From NCBI RefSeq assembly GCF_009914755.1, contig NC_060935.1: a stretch of 64,000 nucleotides of DNA; one strand, written 5' to 3'. This document shows, piece by piece, positions 47,716 through 62,152 of this stretch. The position numbers and the translations under genes were made by a program. The notes under the pieces were generated by a model. That model made no database searches, was not told where the DNA came from, and saw nothing but the letters and a program-made list of their open reading frames with translations. The DNA is from the human T2T-CHM13v2.0 reference genome, Homo sapiens. Each line of letters opens with the position of its first letter. Positions within the stretch are counted from its first letter, which is position 1.

Positions 47716-48538
47716 TGTGAATAAGAAAAACAAACCAAAGTGCTTTTCCTGCTCTCACACAACAATCAACAAAAAATAGTTCTGTGACCTCTGGTCACCA
47801 ACATGTGTGGAGGTTATTCCCATATGCCAGCTAAGCGACCCTCCAGAGCACACATGTACTTCCATTCAATCCTGACATTATCTACCCAGAGTTACGTAGC
47901 ATCAGATCCTACAGATTGAAGGCTCAGTCCCCCACAAGACTGAACATCACTTTGGAAGCCAACCAGCTATAAATTGGGGTTCCCGTGACCCTTCTCCTTG
48001 GGTTCAATTGATTTGCAAGAGCAGATCTCAGTGCTCAGGAAAAACACTTTACTTTCATTTCCTCCTTCATATAAAGGATATTACAGAGGATACAGATGAA
48101 CAGACAAATAGAAGAAATGGATGGGAAGAGGTGTGGGGAAAGGAGTGTGGGGCTTCCATGCCCTTCCCAGGTGAGCCACCCTCCAGGAATCTCCTCATGT
48201 TCAGCCATCCGGAAGCCCTCCTACCTCTGTCCTTTGGGTTTTTATGAAAGCTACATTATGTAGGCATAATTGATTACATCATTGGCCATTGACCAACTTA
48301 ACTTTCATGTCCCTCTTTCTCCCCAGAGGTTGGTGTATGGGGCTAAAAGTCCCAACCCTCTGATCCTGCCTTCGTCTTTTGGTAACAAGCTCCCATCTTG
48401 GAGCTATCTAAGGGCCCCCAACCACCAGTTATCTCATTAGCACACTAGAGACAATCTTCTGTCCCTAGAAATTCCAGGGGGTTTAGTAATAGTAAGTCAG
48501 GAAACAGAGAGGAAGATCAAATACATATATCATAATAA
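47716..48538 (-). mobile_element. MER21-family ERV solo LTR
   Basis: ttctgtgacctctggtcacca, tcagatcctacagattgaaggctcagtcccccacaagactg, gaagatcaaatacatatatcataata. Confidence 0.8.
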
Positions 48539-49829
48539 CTACTTTTTAAAAAATTTCTGTGGTATTTCAGGTTCAGTTGTAACATAAATATGTTACTTTA
48601 CTTCAAAGGCAAATGAGTTAATGTTTTGGAACATATTAAAATAATTGAGCCATAACATTGAGTTTGAAATACAAAACTCTAAGTGAGTAATTGAAGGGCC
48701 ATGACGATGATAGAGGTTTGGCAATAAGACTTCTGCTTACTGGCAACCTTTCACTTTACCAGTTTTGAAAGATTAATAAGTGATCCCATGTCACCTGTGT
48801 GTGGGAGAGACAAGGTGAATAACTCACATATTGCATTATTAACAATCCATACATTTTGTTCAATGGTTGATATAGCTTTATTTTTCAGCTGGAGGAACAA
48901 CTTAAGGAGTTGCCATGCATGTTTTCCAATTCTGTTTTTTATTTAGTGACTAGACTCATAGCAACATATTATATTTAAAAATAAGCATTAGGGGATCATC
49001 TGTGGATTCTGTCTTCAGGAAATTGTTTTACATAATCCTAACTCTCTTTAATGCTTAATATTCAATGTTTTGCTCACATTACTGCTACGGAAGCTTGTGG
49101 TATTATTTTAGAGGTTCCTAAATATCTTGTATCCAATATCTCAATAAATTTTGTAATATTATGTAAATTGTTCCTAGGAGAGATATATTTGGCAAAGCAT
49201 AGAGCAGAAAATTTTCCTTTGGCTTGTTTCCTTTGGTCTGTTTTGTTTCTTGTTAGCATTTTTTTTACAAAACTATATTCTACATATTGCATAACATATT
49301 TTCAGAAACCTGGGGAACAATGTTCTGGGTGGTATAATATGCATATCCTGCTATTGCATGCTAATGCCAATGCAAGAGGTGATGAGGGGATGGAAAGAGT
49401 AGTATGTTTATGCAGGAGGAGAGATAGATCTTATTATTTTATTTCTACTTTTTGGGTTTTAGTGTATGCATGTCTTTTATTTTTAAACTGCCTTTAATCC
49501 TCTTGCAAAAAAAATGTTGAGATTCAGGTAACAGAAAAAGGAACAAATGAAGAGGAAGAGGCATGAAACACCTTTAAATGACATGCCTTTTATTCCCTCT
49601 AAAATAAGTCTCTATAAATCACTCCAGGGAACTCTCCCATTTTTCTTTTGGGTTCTCAACTCCAATACTCTTCTCCTCCATTTTCTTATTGCATTGGAAT
49701 AAGAAATATTCTTTTGTTCTTTCCCATTTTCTCCTTCCTTCTTAGGAACCTAGAGTAATGAGTAGCTAAGCAACATGATTTCAGGCTCACTGGGAACGTC
49801 CGTCCTTTTCTTTTACCAGATATGGATGC

Positions 49830-50369
<540 letters not shown>

Positions 50370-52218
50370 GATGCCTAAAAACCCTTAAACCCTAATTCAT
50401 AAGTAATATAGGAGGATGACAAAGCAGATATCTCCAAGGAATATAGCATATTGACATCAGTTCACAACGAATTAAAATTACAGATACCAACTGCTTTTTA
50501 AAAATGTCTTTCAGATAGAGGTGGAATTGGGAAGGTCAGGGGTTAACTGTATACCTGTCAAGTGGATTGGTAGCCATCCAGAGAGAAGTGCTCTGTGTCT
50601 GGACTGCAGATCACAAGCACCGTTCTTTTCCTCATTTCTCCCCATCTCTGATTCCTAATTACCGCATTCCACCAACACAAATGTACCATTGATTTGACTA
50701 CTTAAAATTCCCCTGGTTCATTTTTTCTTATTAAAAGCAAAATTAGAAACAATAGCAAAATAGTTAGTTTACATATAAATTTAGAAAAAGTAAGAATCTT
50801 TCAGGTTCTAAGCTTGTAGTATCCCAAGAAGAGATTTATCTTTAATATTTGACAGTACTAAACCCTGTTTTAATAACTCAGAAAAAAAAAAAACTTATGT
50901 CCTAACCAACGCCCCCCACCCAAAAAAATACAAAACAAAACAAAACTTCAAGTCTAAAACCGTCACTGGGATGAAGAGGAGTTTCCTTTTTTAAATCTTT
51001 TATGAAGACTCTCAGGAAAAAAAAAAATCTCATCAAGATTTACAATAATTTTTATCAGTCATCCAAATATATTTGCTTACAAACTCTTGTTACATTTATA
51101 GCCAGACTGACAGTCAATATTTACCTGTTGTCAATTACCAAGTATGAGGATCATCCATCCCAGCAGGAGAAGGAGAACAGCTAACTGTGTCTTTGGAGCA
51201 TACATTACTGCCTTCCTGCTGGAGCCAAGCCAGTGGGAGAGCAAAAGGAGATACAGGTATAAAAATAACAATGGAGCTTCCTATGGAAATTCTCACTTGT
51301 AACTGAGGGAGAAATAACAATCAGAATCAGGCAAGGGAGTCCAACTCTCTTCAGAGCATCTCCTTTGGAGTCACTGCAACATTTATTACTTGCCTTCATT
51401 AAACCAGATTCCACAGGCTGTTACTGCTTTGGATTAGAAAGTGGAGAAATGAACTGAGGGGTAAGTGAACGTGGATAAAGGCACATAAATGAGGGTTATG
51501 TGTCCGGCTCCTTTAACTTGGTGAGAGGAGGCAAAGGGAGGCGTGTGCCTATCCCCTACCTCCCACTGTCCCGCATTACAGAGTAAAGGATTCGAGGGCA
51601 GATGCTAGAAGTCATCCTGAAGGAGTGATGAAATCTAACAAGGGGAATGAATCAGAACAGGGGCACCGAGCAAATAATAATTGATATGAAACTAAAACAA
51701 GGGTAGTCAAAGGAAGAAGAAAGCAGAGCAACTAGCAGCAAAATAAACAAAGGGTTGACAGAATGAAGAAATCCTAGAGATGAAATACAGAAGCCTGCAG
51801 AGGGTTTCCTGGTGCCAGCGGTTCATTTGAAGGGTTAAAGAGGCCTGAATGGGATGGCAGGGAGACAAATATGCAGACCTCCGTGAATATCTGTACTGGG
51901 TCAGTTTCGTTGTCATCACTTACTAGCTTCTGGACACACATTGTTGACTGACACATCAACTGGGTGCTGTTCTTCCTTCCCTATTTCCTTCCCATTGTCA
52001 GTATTCAGGTACTGAATATGAGATGAGAGCAGATGTTAATGAGACCTCTGGAAGCCCTGCTCACTGGAAAGGTGATGGTGCCCTACTCCATGGAAATTCA
52101 AAAGTCCAACAAACAAATTACAAAATAAGAGTATAGGAGTTCAAAAGTTCTGATTTTTTCCCCATGGTGATCATTTTAATGAATTTTTTGAAATAATAAA
52201 ATTGTATAAAAATTTTTT

Positions 52219-52503
52219 GGCTGGGTCTGGTGGCTTATGCCTGTAATTCTGACACTTTAGGAGGACGAAGTGGGAGGATCACTCAAGGCCAGCAGTTTAG
52301 GACTAACCTGGACATCATAGCAAGACCCTGTCTCTACAAACAATATAAAAACTAGCTGAGCATGGTGGTGTGCACCTGTAGTCCTGGCTACTCTGGAGGC
52401 TGAGGTAGGGAGCATCTCTTAGCCCAGGAATTCAAGGCTGCAGTGAGCTATGATTGGGCCACTGCATTTCAGCCTGGGTGACACAGGGAGACCCCCATCT
52501 CTT
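52219..52503 (+). mobile_element. AluJ, poly(A) tail absent
   Basis: ggctgggtctggtggcttatgcctgtaat...catagcaagaccctgtctctacaaa...caaggctgcagtgagctatgattgggccactgca (J-type diagnostics). Confidence 0.92.
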
Positions 52504-53189
52504 AATTTTCTTTTTTTTTGCTTTGATAGAGCCCTGAGCATATGCAGAAATTTTCAGTTGAGTTAGTCAACCACGTTCAAGGACTAAGGAAAGAGAACAT
52601 GTTCCTTAAAAATCTTTAGACTGATGAAATGTGGTTATAATAGTTTAGAAATTTTCTTATATGAAAATAAGGCTGTGTAGGTTTTCTTACTGGTTCCTTG
52701 TTTTCAGTGGCCCACAACTTCCTTAAAGCAATAAATTTGCAAATGAATTATGATCTCCTGACAATATATATTTTTAAATGTCATTTATCTGAAGATATAG
52801 AGGAAAAGATCTTTTTAAAGCTCTGATGGAACACCTTGCCTCAAGAAAAATTGCCTCAAAGAATTTTCCCTTTTACTACAAAAATGAAACAAATGTATAC
52901 AAATGATAATGTACAATTAAGGTTGAAATACAGTATGAAACCTATGTCAAAAGTATGCTTTACTTAACAGATGTGCTTTATAATTTATTCATCATGTTAT
53001 AACAGGTATTGTATCAGAACTATGGAAAGTAGTAACTTACTATTTGTTGCAATGGAAGAGAGTTCTCAGATACAACGTATAAATTCCTTAGAGTTGGACT
53101 TATGACATACAGGCCAATATTTTGATGTTAAATGGAAATTTTCTATTTTATATCAAATAGAAATTTTCAGTTCTATAGCACAGATGTTG

Positions 53190-53430
53190 TCAGTAGAGGA
53201 CAGTCATAATAATGCAATGTTAAGTGCCTGAAATCAAATACCAGTTTTACCACTTATTACGTGGTTGACCTTGAATAATTTCCCTAATGTCATGAGATCT
53301 CAGTTTTCTAGTGTGAAAAAATAGTATTAATAATCAAATCTACTGGGTCACTTTGTGTTTTATATAAAGTACTTATAAGTTCCTGGTATTAGTAAAAATT
53401 ATATTAAGTTATAACTATCATTCTTTTATT
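53190..53430 (+). mobile_element. MIR SINE
   Basis: accacttattacgtggttgaccttgaataatttccctaatg...tctcagttttctagtgtgaaaaa. Confidence 0.6.
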
Positions 53431-53639
53431 ACCATCATCATTAATATGTTAGTAATTCATCCTTAAACTCTAATAAATATTTATCATTTTGATATTCTTG
53501 GTCATGAATCACGGTGTTTGGTTAATATTTTATATTATGAGATTTAAACCTTCATGCACATTTCTGATTACTACTGCTAAATTCATGAAAAAACAAATCA
53601 AAATATAAATTCGTGATAGCTTATTCTCTTTTTCCTTCG

Positions 53640-54700
53640 CAGGCATCCCTTCCTCTAATTGCCCCTAAAATGCTGACATTTATGTGGGTTCTGTCCTCAG
53701 CTACTTTGACTCTGTAAACTTCTTCAATACAAACTACATATGTCACATTCTTAATTAGAATGATTTCATGACTTCTCATTACTCTTCATATAAAGTCCAA
53801 ATTTAAAAGATGCTCCACAATCTGTCTCCTGATTGTTTCTTCCATCTCATTTCATAGTCCACTTCTCGTGAAATACCAAGATCCAGAGAAAATGGTTTTT
53901 CCAAAGATTTGTGCACACTAAGTTCTTTCTCTTGCCTTGACAGCTTTGCAAATGTCATTCCTTCAGCCTTTTTCTTGGGTAACTCTTATTCACCATTTGG
54001 GTCTGAGCATAACTTCCTCTGGAAGTCTTCTTCCACACATTGATCTTCAAGTGAGTTAAATCCCCTTCTGTGCATTCCCATAGCATCTATATTATCTCTG
54101 TCAAACACTTCATTCTAACTATTTGTTTAATTATGTCTTCATCATCAGGCTTTTTAAGATTTATCATAGTAGAGACTCTGTCTTGCTCATTGAACAAGAA
54201 TAGTGCCCCCATACAGTCACACTTAATAAATATGAATGAATGAATCATATGGTCTCAATTCCACTTATATAACAATGACTTCAAAATCTGTATTTAGAAC
54301 TCATTCCTCTCCCCGAGCCAGACTCATTTACGTAGTAACTATTAAATATCCCATTTGTATCACAAAACTCATTATTTCAAGAGTGAATTAATGCTTCTTT
54401 TGGTTCATTGCTTCCTTGCTTCTTCTGGTTCATTTTCTACCCTAGAGGGTGACACATGCTACTAATACAGGAGCCTTCTTTACTCCATGTTTTCCCTTCA
54501 AGCAACCGTATCTAACCAATCATTAATCCTGCCAAATGTGTATCACCTAAAAATATCCTAAATGCATTTCCTCCTCTGCATTCTAACTACTGCTGCCCTT
54601 GTTCTAGGACTCCACTCTCCCACATCAACCAACTTTTCTCCTTGGCCCCAGTACTGCCCTCCTTAAATCCAACTTCTATGCACTTGCCACTGTGAACTAT
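53640..54700 (+). mobile_element. L2 fragments (two pieces)
   Basis: ataaagtccaaa, acttcctctggaagtcttc, and terminus cacttaataaatatgaatgaatgaat at about 54245. A second piece starts atgacttcaaaatctgtattt. Confidence 0.6.
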
Positions 54701-54739
54701 CTGATAATAATTTTTTTCTTGCAATGTTGTTCCTTAGTG

Positions 54740-55635
54740 ACCTATAATTTATATTTATCCCAATGTACTTGACAATTTTGTAGCAAGGTTATATTGGCCT
54801 TCTAAACTATGATGCAGAACATGACATATTTTTCTGTTTTCTGGATGAGTTTGCATAATGTTTAAATTAGTTTCTTCTCAAAAGTTTAGTAGAATATGCC
54901 TTAAAATATTTGTGTATAAGCTCTGTAAAAGCTTTTTAACCAATGCTTCAATTCCTTTCATGATTCTAAGGCCTATTCATGTTTTTTTTTCACTTCTCTT
55001 TCTATCATGTTTGTTAAGGTACATAATATGCATTGTTGTGAAGTACTCAATGGATTCTGGCCAGAAAACATGTTTTCTGATATTAATGGTTTGAAACCCT
55101 TTGGGATTTTTTTCATGTTCGAGTACATGGTCAATTTTAACATATTTCATAGGGCTTTAGAAGAATATTTATTTCTGATTTTTAGCTGCAAGGTTCTATA
55201 TAATCAAAATGCACTATTAAGATTGAAATACAGTGCAAGACCTATGTCAGAGGTTACATATGTTCAAATATTCCGCATTTTTATTAAATTTCTGACTGCT
55301 TAACCTAATTGAGAAAAGTACAAGGAAATCTCCCACCTTGGTCACAGATTTGTCAATTTCTTACTCTAATTCCATAATTTTTTACTTAATATGAGATATA
55401 CTTTGATACAAAATATTTTGGAATTTTTAGCATCTTCCAGGGAAATTGAACCATTTTTAGATTAGGTAATGAACGCCTCTCTCATTTGTCATGCTTTTTG
55501 TATTGAGGTCTGTTTTTTCTTCTACTAACATAGCTACTCATGTTTTCTTTTGGCTCATATTTGTCAAAAGTGTATCTTTTGACATTTTTTAATTTTCAAT
55601 TTTCCTGCATCCTTATTTTTTAGGCATATCGTTTT
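54740..55635 (-). mobile_element. Decayed L1M ORF2 fragment
   Basis: T-rich. Contains aaatctcccaccttggtcacagatttgtcaatttc and tactaacatagctactc motifs. Confidence 0.6.
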
Positions 55636-55839
55636 GGTGCCACAACTGCCATTATGCACTAAGTACTTTACTATGTCTATTAACATATTTAATTTTCCAA
55701 AAACTTTAAAGGGAAATATTATCCTGTATTATTCTTGAGTTTAAACACTTTGAGAGTTTAAATAATTTGCCCAAACTCACATAGCCGTCAGTGACAGAGC
55801 TAGGACTCAACTGCCTCTGTCAACTCAACTCAACTCAAC

Positions 55840-56090
55840 TCCAATGTGGCAGTGAAAAGTAGCCATTGACAACATATAAATAAATGAAAAGGGCTGTGTT
55901 CTAATAAAACTCTATTTATCAACACTGAAATTTGAATTTCAAATAATATTTATGTGTCAAAAAATGCTAATCTTCTTTTGTCCCACTCTGCTGCCCCAAA
56001 CATTAAGAAATGTAAAAACCATTCATAGTTTACACTTTATACAAAGACAGGCAGTGGGTCAGATTTTGCCCATCGGCAATAGTTTTCAAT
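55840..56090 (-). mobile_element. MER58B-like hAT-Charlie relic, preceded by a MIR (~55640-55810, - strand) and (CAACT)4
   Basis: agccattgacaacatataaataaatg...ggctgtgttctaataaaactctatttat...aaagacaggcagtgggtcagattttgcccatcggcaatagttt. Confidence 0.75.
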
Positions 56091-56240
56091 ATGTGTACAG
56101 ATTTCCATAAAAGACTGATACATTCTTTAAATATTGTGTGATTATTTAAAAGGTTAACCTGTGTTAAATTGAAAATTCACTAATGTGTTAGAAGCAGTTT
56201 CCTAATTATATGGATAAACAGTGTTACTACCCATGTGTGA

Positions 56241-56588
<348 letters not shown>

Positions 56589-56817
56589 TAATAGTTAAAC
56601 TATAAATTGATACATTTTTGTTTAGAGTCGGGTAAAAACGTTGCTGACAATTGTTTTCTGGATGGTTTTGCCTCTAATTAGTGAGTGATTAGAATATCCT
56701 TCTGATCCACCACAATATTAGCCAAATCTCTATCCTTTATAGTGCTTATCTGTTTTGGAAATATTTACTTGCCACAGATGTTTTTGTGTGTTTTGAGGAT
56801 TTTTTTGTGTCATAGAT

Positions 56818-57156
56818 TGATATGGTTTGGCTCTGTGTCCCCACCCAATTCTCACCTTGAATTTTAATAAGCCCCTCTTGTCATGGGAGGGACCTGGTTT
56901 GAATCATGGGGATGGGTTTTCCCCGTGCTGTTCTTAGATAGTGAATAAGTCTCACGAGATCTGATGGTTTTATAAAGGGAAGTTCCCCTGCACATGCTAT
57001 CTAGCCTCCTGCCATGTAAGATGTCCCTTGCTCTTCTGCCATGATTGTGAGGCCTCTCCAGCCATGTGGAACTGTGAGTCAATTAAACCCCTTTCCTTTA
57101 TAAATTACCCAGTCTGGGATATGTCTTTATCAGCAGCGTGAGAACAGGCTAATACA
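56818..57156 (+). mobile_element. THE1 (THE1C-like) MaLR solo LTR
   Basis: tgatatggtttggctctgtgtccccaccc...gtgagtcaattaaaccc...ctaataca. TG...CA termini and TSD tagat at 56813 and 57157. Confidence 0.93.
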
Positions 57157-58374
57157 TAGATCAACTGTTTAATGCATCTTAACAGATTATACAATAGCAA
57201 AATGTTATAAAGAGATTTCAGAAATCAATGACGGAGATGAGATTGTTGAATCATATTGAGGAGTCATGTTTCAGTGCTTGGTTGGTTTATACATGGTGCT
57301 AACTTAAGTTGAGTAAGAGATACAAAATAAAAATATAGCATGGGTAAATATTAGGTTCAAAGGAGTAAGAGAGTTTAATACTGTTTGAGGAAGGAAAAGA
57401 AGGGTCTCAAGAAATATAATTTTCTAGAAGAAATGGGAGTGAGAGGAGAAAGCACTCCAAGTAGAGCAAGTGGCACAAACCAAAGCAAGGAGGTGAAAAA
57501 GTTAATGGAGTTTTGCAGAGGATAAGAAGTCTGGTTTGATTAAAACCTTTGGCACGTGGGATGGTATGGACGTGGAAGTTGGCGATGTGGGTGTGATGAC
57601 AGTGTTTCACTAAGATGTCATTAGCGTTCTGTGTTGGTTCTGTACCACTGTGTATTTATTTAAGCTATTTTTTTAAAGTCTGTAATGTAAATAGACTCAT
57701 CTATTTATGGCAGAATAGAAAGGATCGATTGAACTGATGACAATAGCCCTAAAGATTTTTATTGTTTTTTTCCTTCATATGATAACATCTACTGTCTGGT
57801 AACAAATGCAAAGATTTTACTATCTAAAGACCGTAGTCACAAGCATAAAAAAGACTACATCCTTATCCTTTTCCAAGGTTTCTTTTAAGGGTTTCATTCT
57901 GTTTTGATAGATGCCAGGTTAAGATCATAACAAATAAGCATCCTCTACAAAAGAAAAACAGCTTAAACTCCTATCTGTACAGCGGTCTGTCATTGCCATT
58001 TGGAAGGTAGATGAAAGAATTTTGTGAGAGACATTCCTCTCTGGACCTTTTGTGTGCTTTCCAGATGATACCCTGCCAAAAAGGATTCCATGCCATGGGT
58101 ATTTGATGTGAGTACACATTATTCTCTGTCACTTCATTGGGAGCCATTTAGCTCTTATGAATTTTAGCAACGGGTATGTCAGATTTCTATCAATTCTCAC
58201 TTTAAAAAGATTTGAACTATGACTCATTTAAAAAGCTCTTCTATTTGTAAGAATCTTAAAATACCCAAACACAATCTTGAAAGGACAATTCAGAAATAGT
58301 ACATAGAATCTGAAAGTAACACTGAAATTTTGTCACTGATGCATTCCAAGAGATTATTTTTTCTGTAATTTAAT

Positions 58375-58608
58375 GTTTTGTTTTGTTTTGTTTTTGTTTT
58401 TTGTTTTTTTGAGACGGAGTCTCACTCTGTCACCAGGCTGGAATGCAGTGGCATGATCTCAGCTCACTGAGACCTCCACCTCCTGGGTTCAAGTGATCCT
58501 CCTGCCTCAGCCTCCCGAGTGGCTGGGACTACAGGCGCCCACTACCACGCCCAGCTAATTTTTTTGTATTTTTAGAGTAGAGACAGGGTTTCACCATGTT
58601 GGCCAGGA
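58375..58608 (-). mobile_element. 5'-truncated Alu (AluSc-like) with (GTTTT)n tail
   Basis: ctctgtcaccaggctgg diagnostic deletion. TSD ttctgtaatttaat at 58361-58374 and 58609-58622. Confidence 0.92.
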
Positions 58609-59262
58609 TTCTGTAATTTAATATTAAACATGATGAATTATGTTAATTCCTATTTGCATTTTGACCTGAAATGTTTGTTATTTGAATCATTTTAGTTATT
58701 TCATGTTGTGAAGTTTATATTACCTACATTATTTCTGCTTTCACTCAATTATATATGAAATAAATGGTATAAGGAACCATAGAGTCTACCTGCCTATTCA
58801 GTCTTAAAAATACCCTTCTAAAGTAAATTTATATCAGAAAGAGACCCCCCTACTCCCACCCTGGAAATCTATATTGATTTACGTAAGAACTATATATAAT
58901 ACATTGAAGAGTTAGCAGATTTTAAATGGCCAAAATGGCTGTTGAACTAGAATGACAAGTTTGACAGTGAGTTGTGTTCTTCCCTATTGTTTATGTTACC
59001 TTCACATTACTGTAGCCAGGAAAAGGCAGGTAGTTTATAAAAATAAACAGGAAAAAAAAAAGCTTTAGAGAGGGAATTTTTTACTTTTTTAAAAAATAGT
59101 CCTCTTAGCAACACCTAGACTGGAAATTATTGTTTCTTGTCTAAAAACATGGGAACAAGGTAGATTTACCCTTACTAGATCCAAGAGACCAATTAAAGAC
59201 ATGTAGTTGTCAGAATGAGGTCAGCACTACCCATTGGAGCAGATGTTACTGTAGCCAAGTAG

Positions 59263-59326
59263 CATGTGACCAGAAGTACATGACCAAATTTGTACTTGAC
59301 CAAAGTACATGACCAAGTACATGACC
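59263..59326. repeat. Short degenerate tandem repeat (unit about aagtacatgacc, ~4-5 copies)
   Basis: catgtgaccagaagtacatgaccaaatttgtacttgaccaaagtacatgaccaagtacatgacc. Confidence 0.85.
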
Positions 59327-59890
59327 TTCAGCCATATGTCTATATGGGGTCTAAGATTTGCCCTCAGAAGGAAGACAGCATTGATGCCGTATAATATCAA
59401 AAAATGAATTCAAACAGCAGCCCAACTTAGCAAAAGCCATTATGCAGCTAAACTCAGTACAGATTAATACAAAGTGTAAAGTGGAACAGATAAAGAAATA
59501 ATCAGAGTTTTTCTTATCTGATATAGAGAAATACTCCTATTCCAAACTATAATTCTGTACACAGATATTTAGATTAAAAAGCCATAGAGCAATCCTTTAA
59601 ACAATAACAACAGTAGAATTGCATCAACAACAATAGCAAAGGTTAAAGTATGTAAGAGTCATCTACATTAGACAAATCAGAGTGAGTTTGAAGAAGCCCA
59701 GATGCCAGCATATTGAAATCACTGATGAGAAAATGAACAGCTAAGTTGAAGCAAATGTGGAACGGATGATGCTGAAGCCCATAGATAGTACCAAGTCTGA
59801 GGCTTTGCCTTTGGGCATTCACAATGTCTAGTTTATCAGTAAACTTCAAATCTTCCTGGGTCTGAAGGTTTTCATTCCAAACCTTTAAAA

Positions 59891-60110
59891 CAGGGGCCAG
59901 CTAACTACAGCCTGTGGACCAAATCTGCCCAACAGCCTTTTTTGTAAATAAAGTTTTATTGAAACAGAGCCATGCTCATTTATTTACATTTCTTTTTATG
60001 GCTACTTTCCCACTTCTACAGCAGTACTGAGCAGTTGCAACAGGCACAGTATAGCCTACAGTATTTTCTAGCTGGCTAGCCCCTAACTTGGAGGAGCTTG
60101 CCAACCCTTA
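59891..60110 (+). mobile_element. MER58A hAT-Charlie element
   Basis: caggggccagctaactacagcctgtggaccaaatctgccc...tttgtaaataaagttttattgaaacagagccatgctcatttatttaca...ttgccaaccc. Confidence 0.88.
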
Positions 60111-60899
60111 ACTTAGAAACTTCATTGAAAAAATGATTACTTCAATAGAATTGTCTTATGTGAAAAAGATTATGAGGTTTGTGTTTCATTACTAAGAAAA
60201 TGAAATTTGCATAGTATGAAAATACCTTTTCAAAACTATTCATAAAAGCAACTCAATAAATATATGTAAAGTTTATTTCAGGATTTACACAAGGGGGTGA
60301 CTATGGATGCCATGGAAACAGTACTATAAATCCATAATATAAGTGTAGGTATTTACACTACACCTAACAAAGCATTAGTTTTCATATCTTTAACAATAAT
60401 GATTAAATATTGCTTTCAATTACTGGATAAATAGAACTCAAGCCTTTCTATTTAAAGAATGGTATTTCCCATTTTTCAGGCCACCATAGAATTGCAAGCC
60501 TGATCAAATGTGAAATATCAAACTAGGGATTATGCTTTCATGTAAGAGATATGTCTATGAAGAAAAGAAAATTATTCCCCAAAGGCATCTCAAGCATTTA
60601 GAATTTTCTACTATTTATCTATGCATGGTAGTTGAAGTTAATCTCTACATAAAATAATGGATTTTCACTTATCTCAAGTCATAATTTTTGTTTTGTTTTC
60701 TACTGCCTTATATTTTGTGTTATTGATATGAGCTTTGGACATTAAATTTGGAATAATTGCAATGTAGTAACATTACTTTTTAACTTTAGAATGAGTTTAG
60801 ACTTATTTCTAAAATCTTGACTGGGCCTGTGTATATGGCTTAGTTTTGTTTGACAACTTACACACTTACTAATTCAATTAAGAAGTGAACTAAAGGTAG

Positions 60900-61398
60900 A
60901 GGCACCATCATCTTTAAGCTGGATTGTTAGCAGGTTTCTCACTGACCATCAAATTACCCCTCTGCTTGAAGCTGCCCAGTGGCTTCCTAGCTCATTCAGT
61001 GTAAAATCAAAGTTCTTATGATGGCAAACCAGGAACACCCTATCCCACAGCCTTTGTGCATGCTCTTTGCTTTGCCTGGAATACTCTTGCCACATGTGTA
61101 AGAAGACCTCACTGCTTCCCCTCCAAGACTGCTTAATGTTACCTTCTCAATGTGGCCCTCTCTGATGAACACCATTCTCCATCCTGATATTCCCTATTGT
61201 CCTTTCTTGCTTTATTCTTACCTACAGCACATTTTATCTCCTTATATTCTATTACCCTTCACTTATTTAAGGTAGGCTCTGTTACAACAAGACATTTGAT
61301 TTGTTTATTTGCTGCTGTATTCTCAGGATCTAGAATTGTACCTGGCCAACAGGAGGTGTTTCATATATACTTGTCAAATGAAATTTGATAAGTGAATT
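60900..61398 (+). mobile_element. L2 3' fragment
   Basis: cagcctttgtgcatgctctttgctttgcctggaatactcttgcc, ctagaattgtacctggccaacaggaggtg. Confidence 0.75.
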
Positions 61399-61899
61399 TA
61401 AAAATGGGGAACAATAATGATGAAAGCAACAAAGGACTGGAGCATGTGTGATCACTGAATAGTTATGGGGGAGGGTGGTCAGGAGCTTCTGAGGCCCGCT
61501 AATGAATGATCAGGAATGCTTGTTCCCTAGGAAATGCATGGAATTCATGGAGTAGCTGAATTTTTGTCACTTAGTAAGTTGTCTATACTTGAACAAGGAA
61601 AATACGTATGTTTTATTTTAGCATTTAACAGTTAGTAACCATATAAGAAGTGTATATTATGTTATTAAAGATGCCTAAAAAGGAGGGGAAATCTCTAGCA
61701 TGTTTTGTTCTAAATTTACCAGGCTTAGCCCAGTATGTTTTGATGACCCCTTATGTATGTTTTGGAGAAATAAGAATCATATGCCACAAAAATGCAAACT
61801 GAAATAAAAAACTATGAGCAGGGAAAAGGAGTGATCATAGATATTATGAAAAAGTTGCTTTTAAGTAATATCTGAGGTTCTTCAAGAATTTATAATCTC

Positions 61900-62152
61900 A
61901 TAATAATAGCAAGCACTTATATAGTACATCCCATGTGAAATACAGCTCTAAAAGCTTTACACATATAAATGAATTTAATCTTTATAGCATTCTAATGAGG
62001 TAGGTGGTATTATTTCCATTTTTCAAACGAGAAAAATGCGACCCATAGAGATTAAAAACCTCATCCAACTTCACACAGGGAGTGGCAGTTCCAGGCTTCA
62101 AGTGCAGGCAGTTTGGATTAAAAATCTGTGCCCTTAACCACAACATTATGCT
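61900..62152 (-). mobile_element. MIR SINE
   Basis: atgaggtaggtggtattatttccatttttcaaacgagaaaaatgcgacccatagagattaa...tgcccttaaccacaac. Confidence 0.8.

Noticed and set aside
49051-49497. 148-aa ORF
   Set aside because: Composition is typical of AT-rich non-coding DNA, with no recognisable domain or splice structure.
51150-52090. Possible LTR or unannotated exon in a GC-richer stretch
   Set aside because: I could not match it confidently to a repeat family, and found no convincing splice-site pair or coding signal.
59263-59326. Repeat-spacer (CRISPR-like) array
   Set aside because: The units are adjacent with no unique spacers, and the context is a primate intron with no cas genes.
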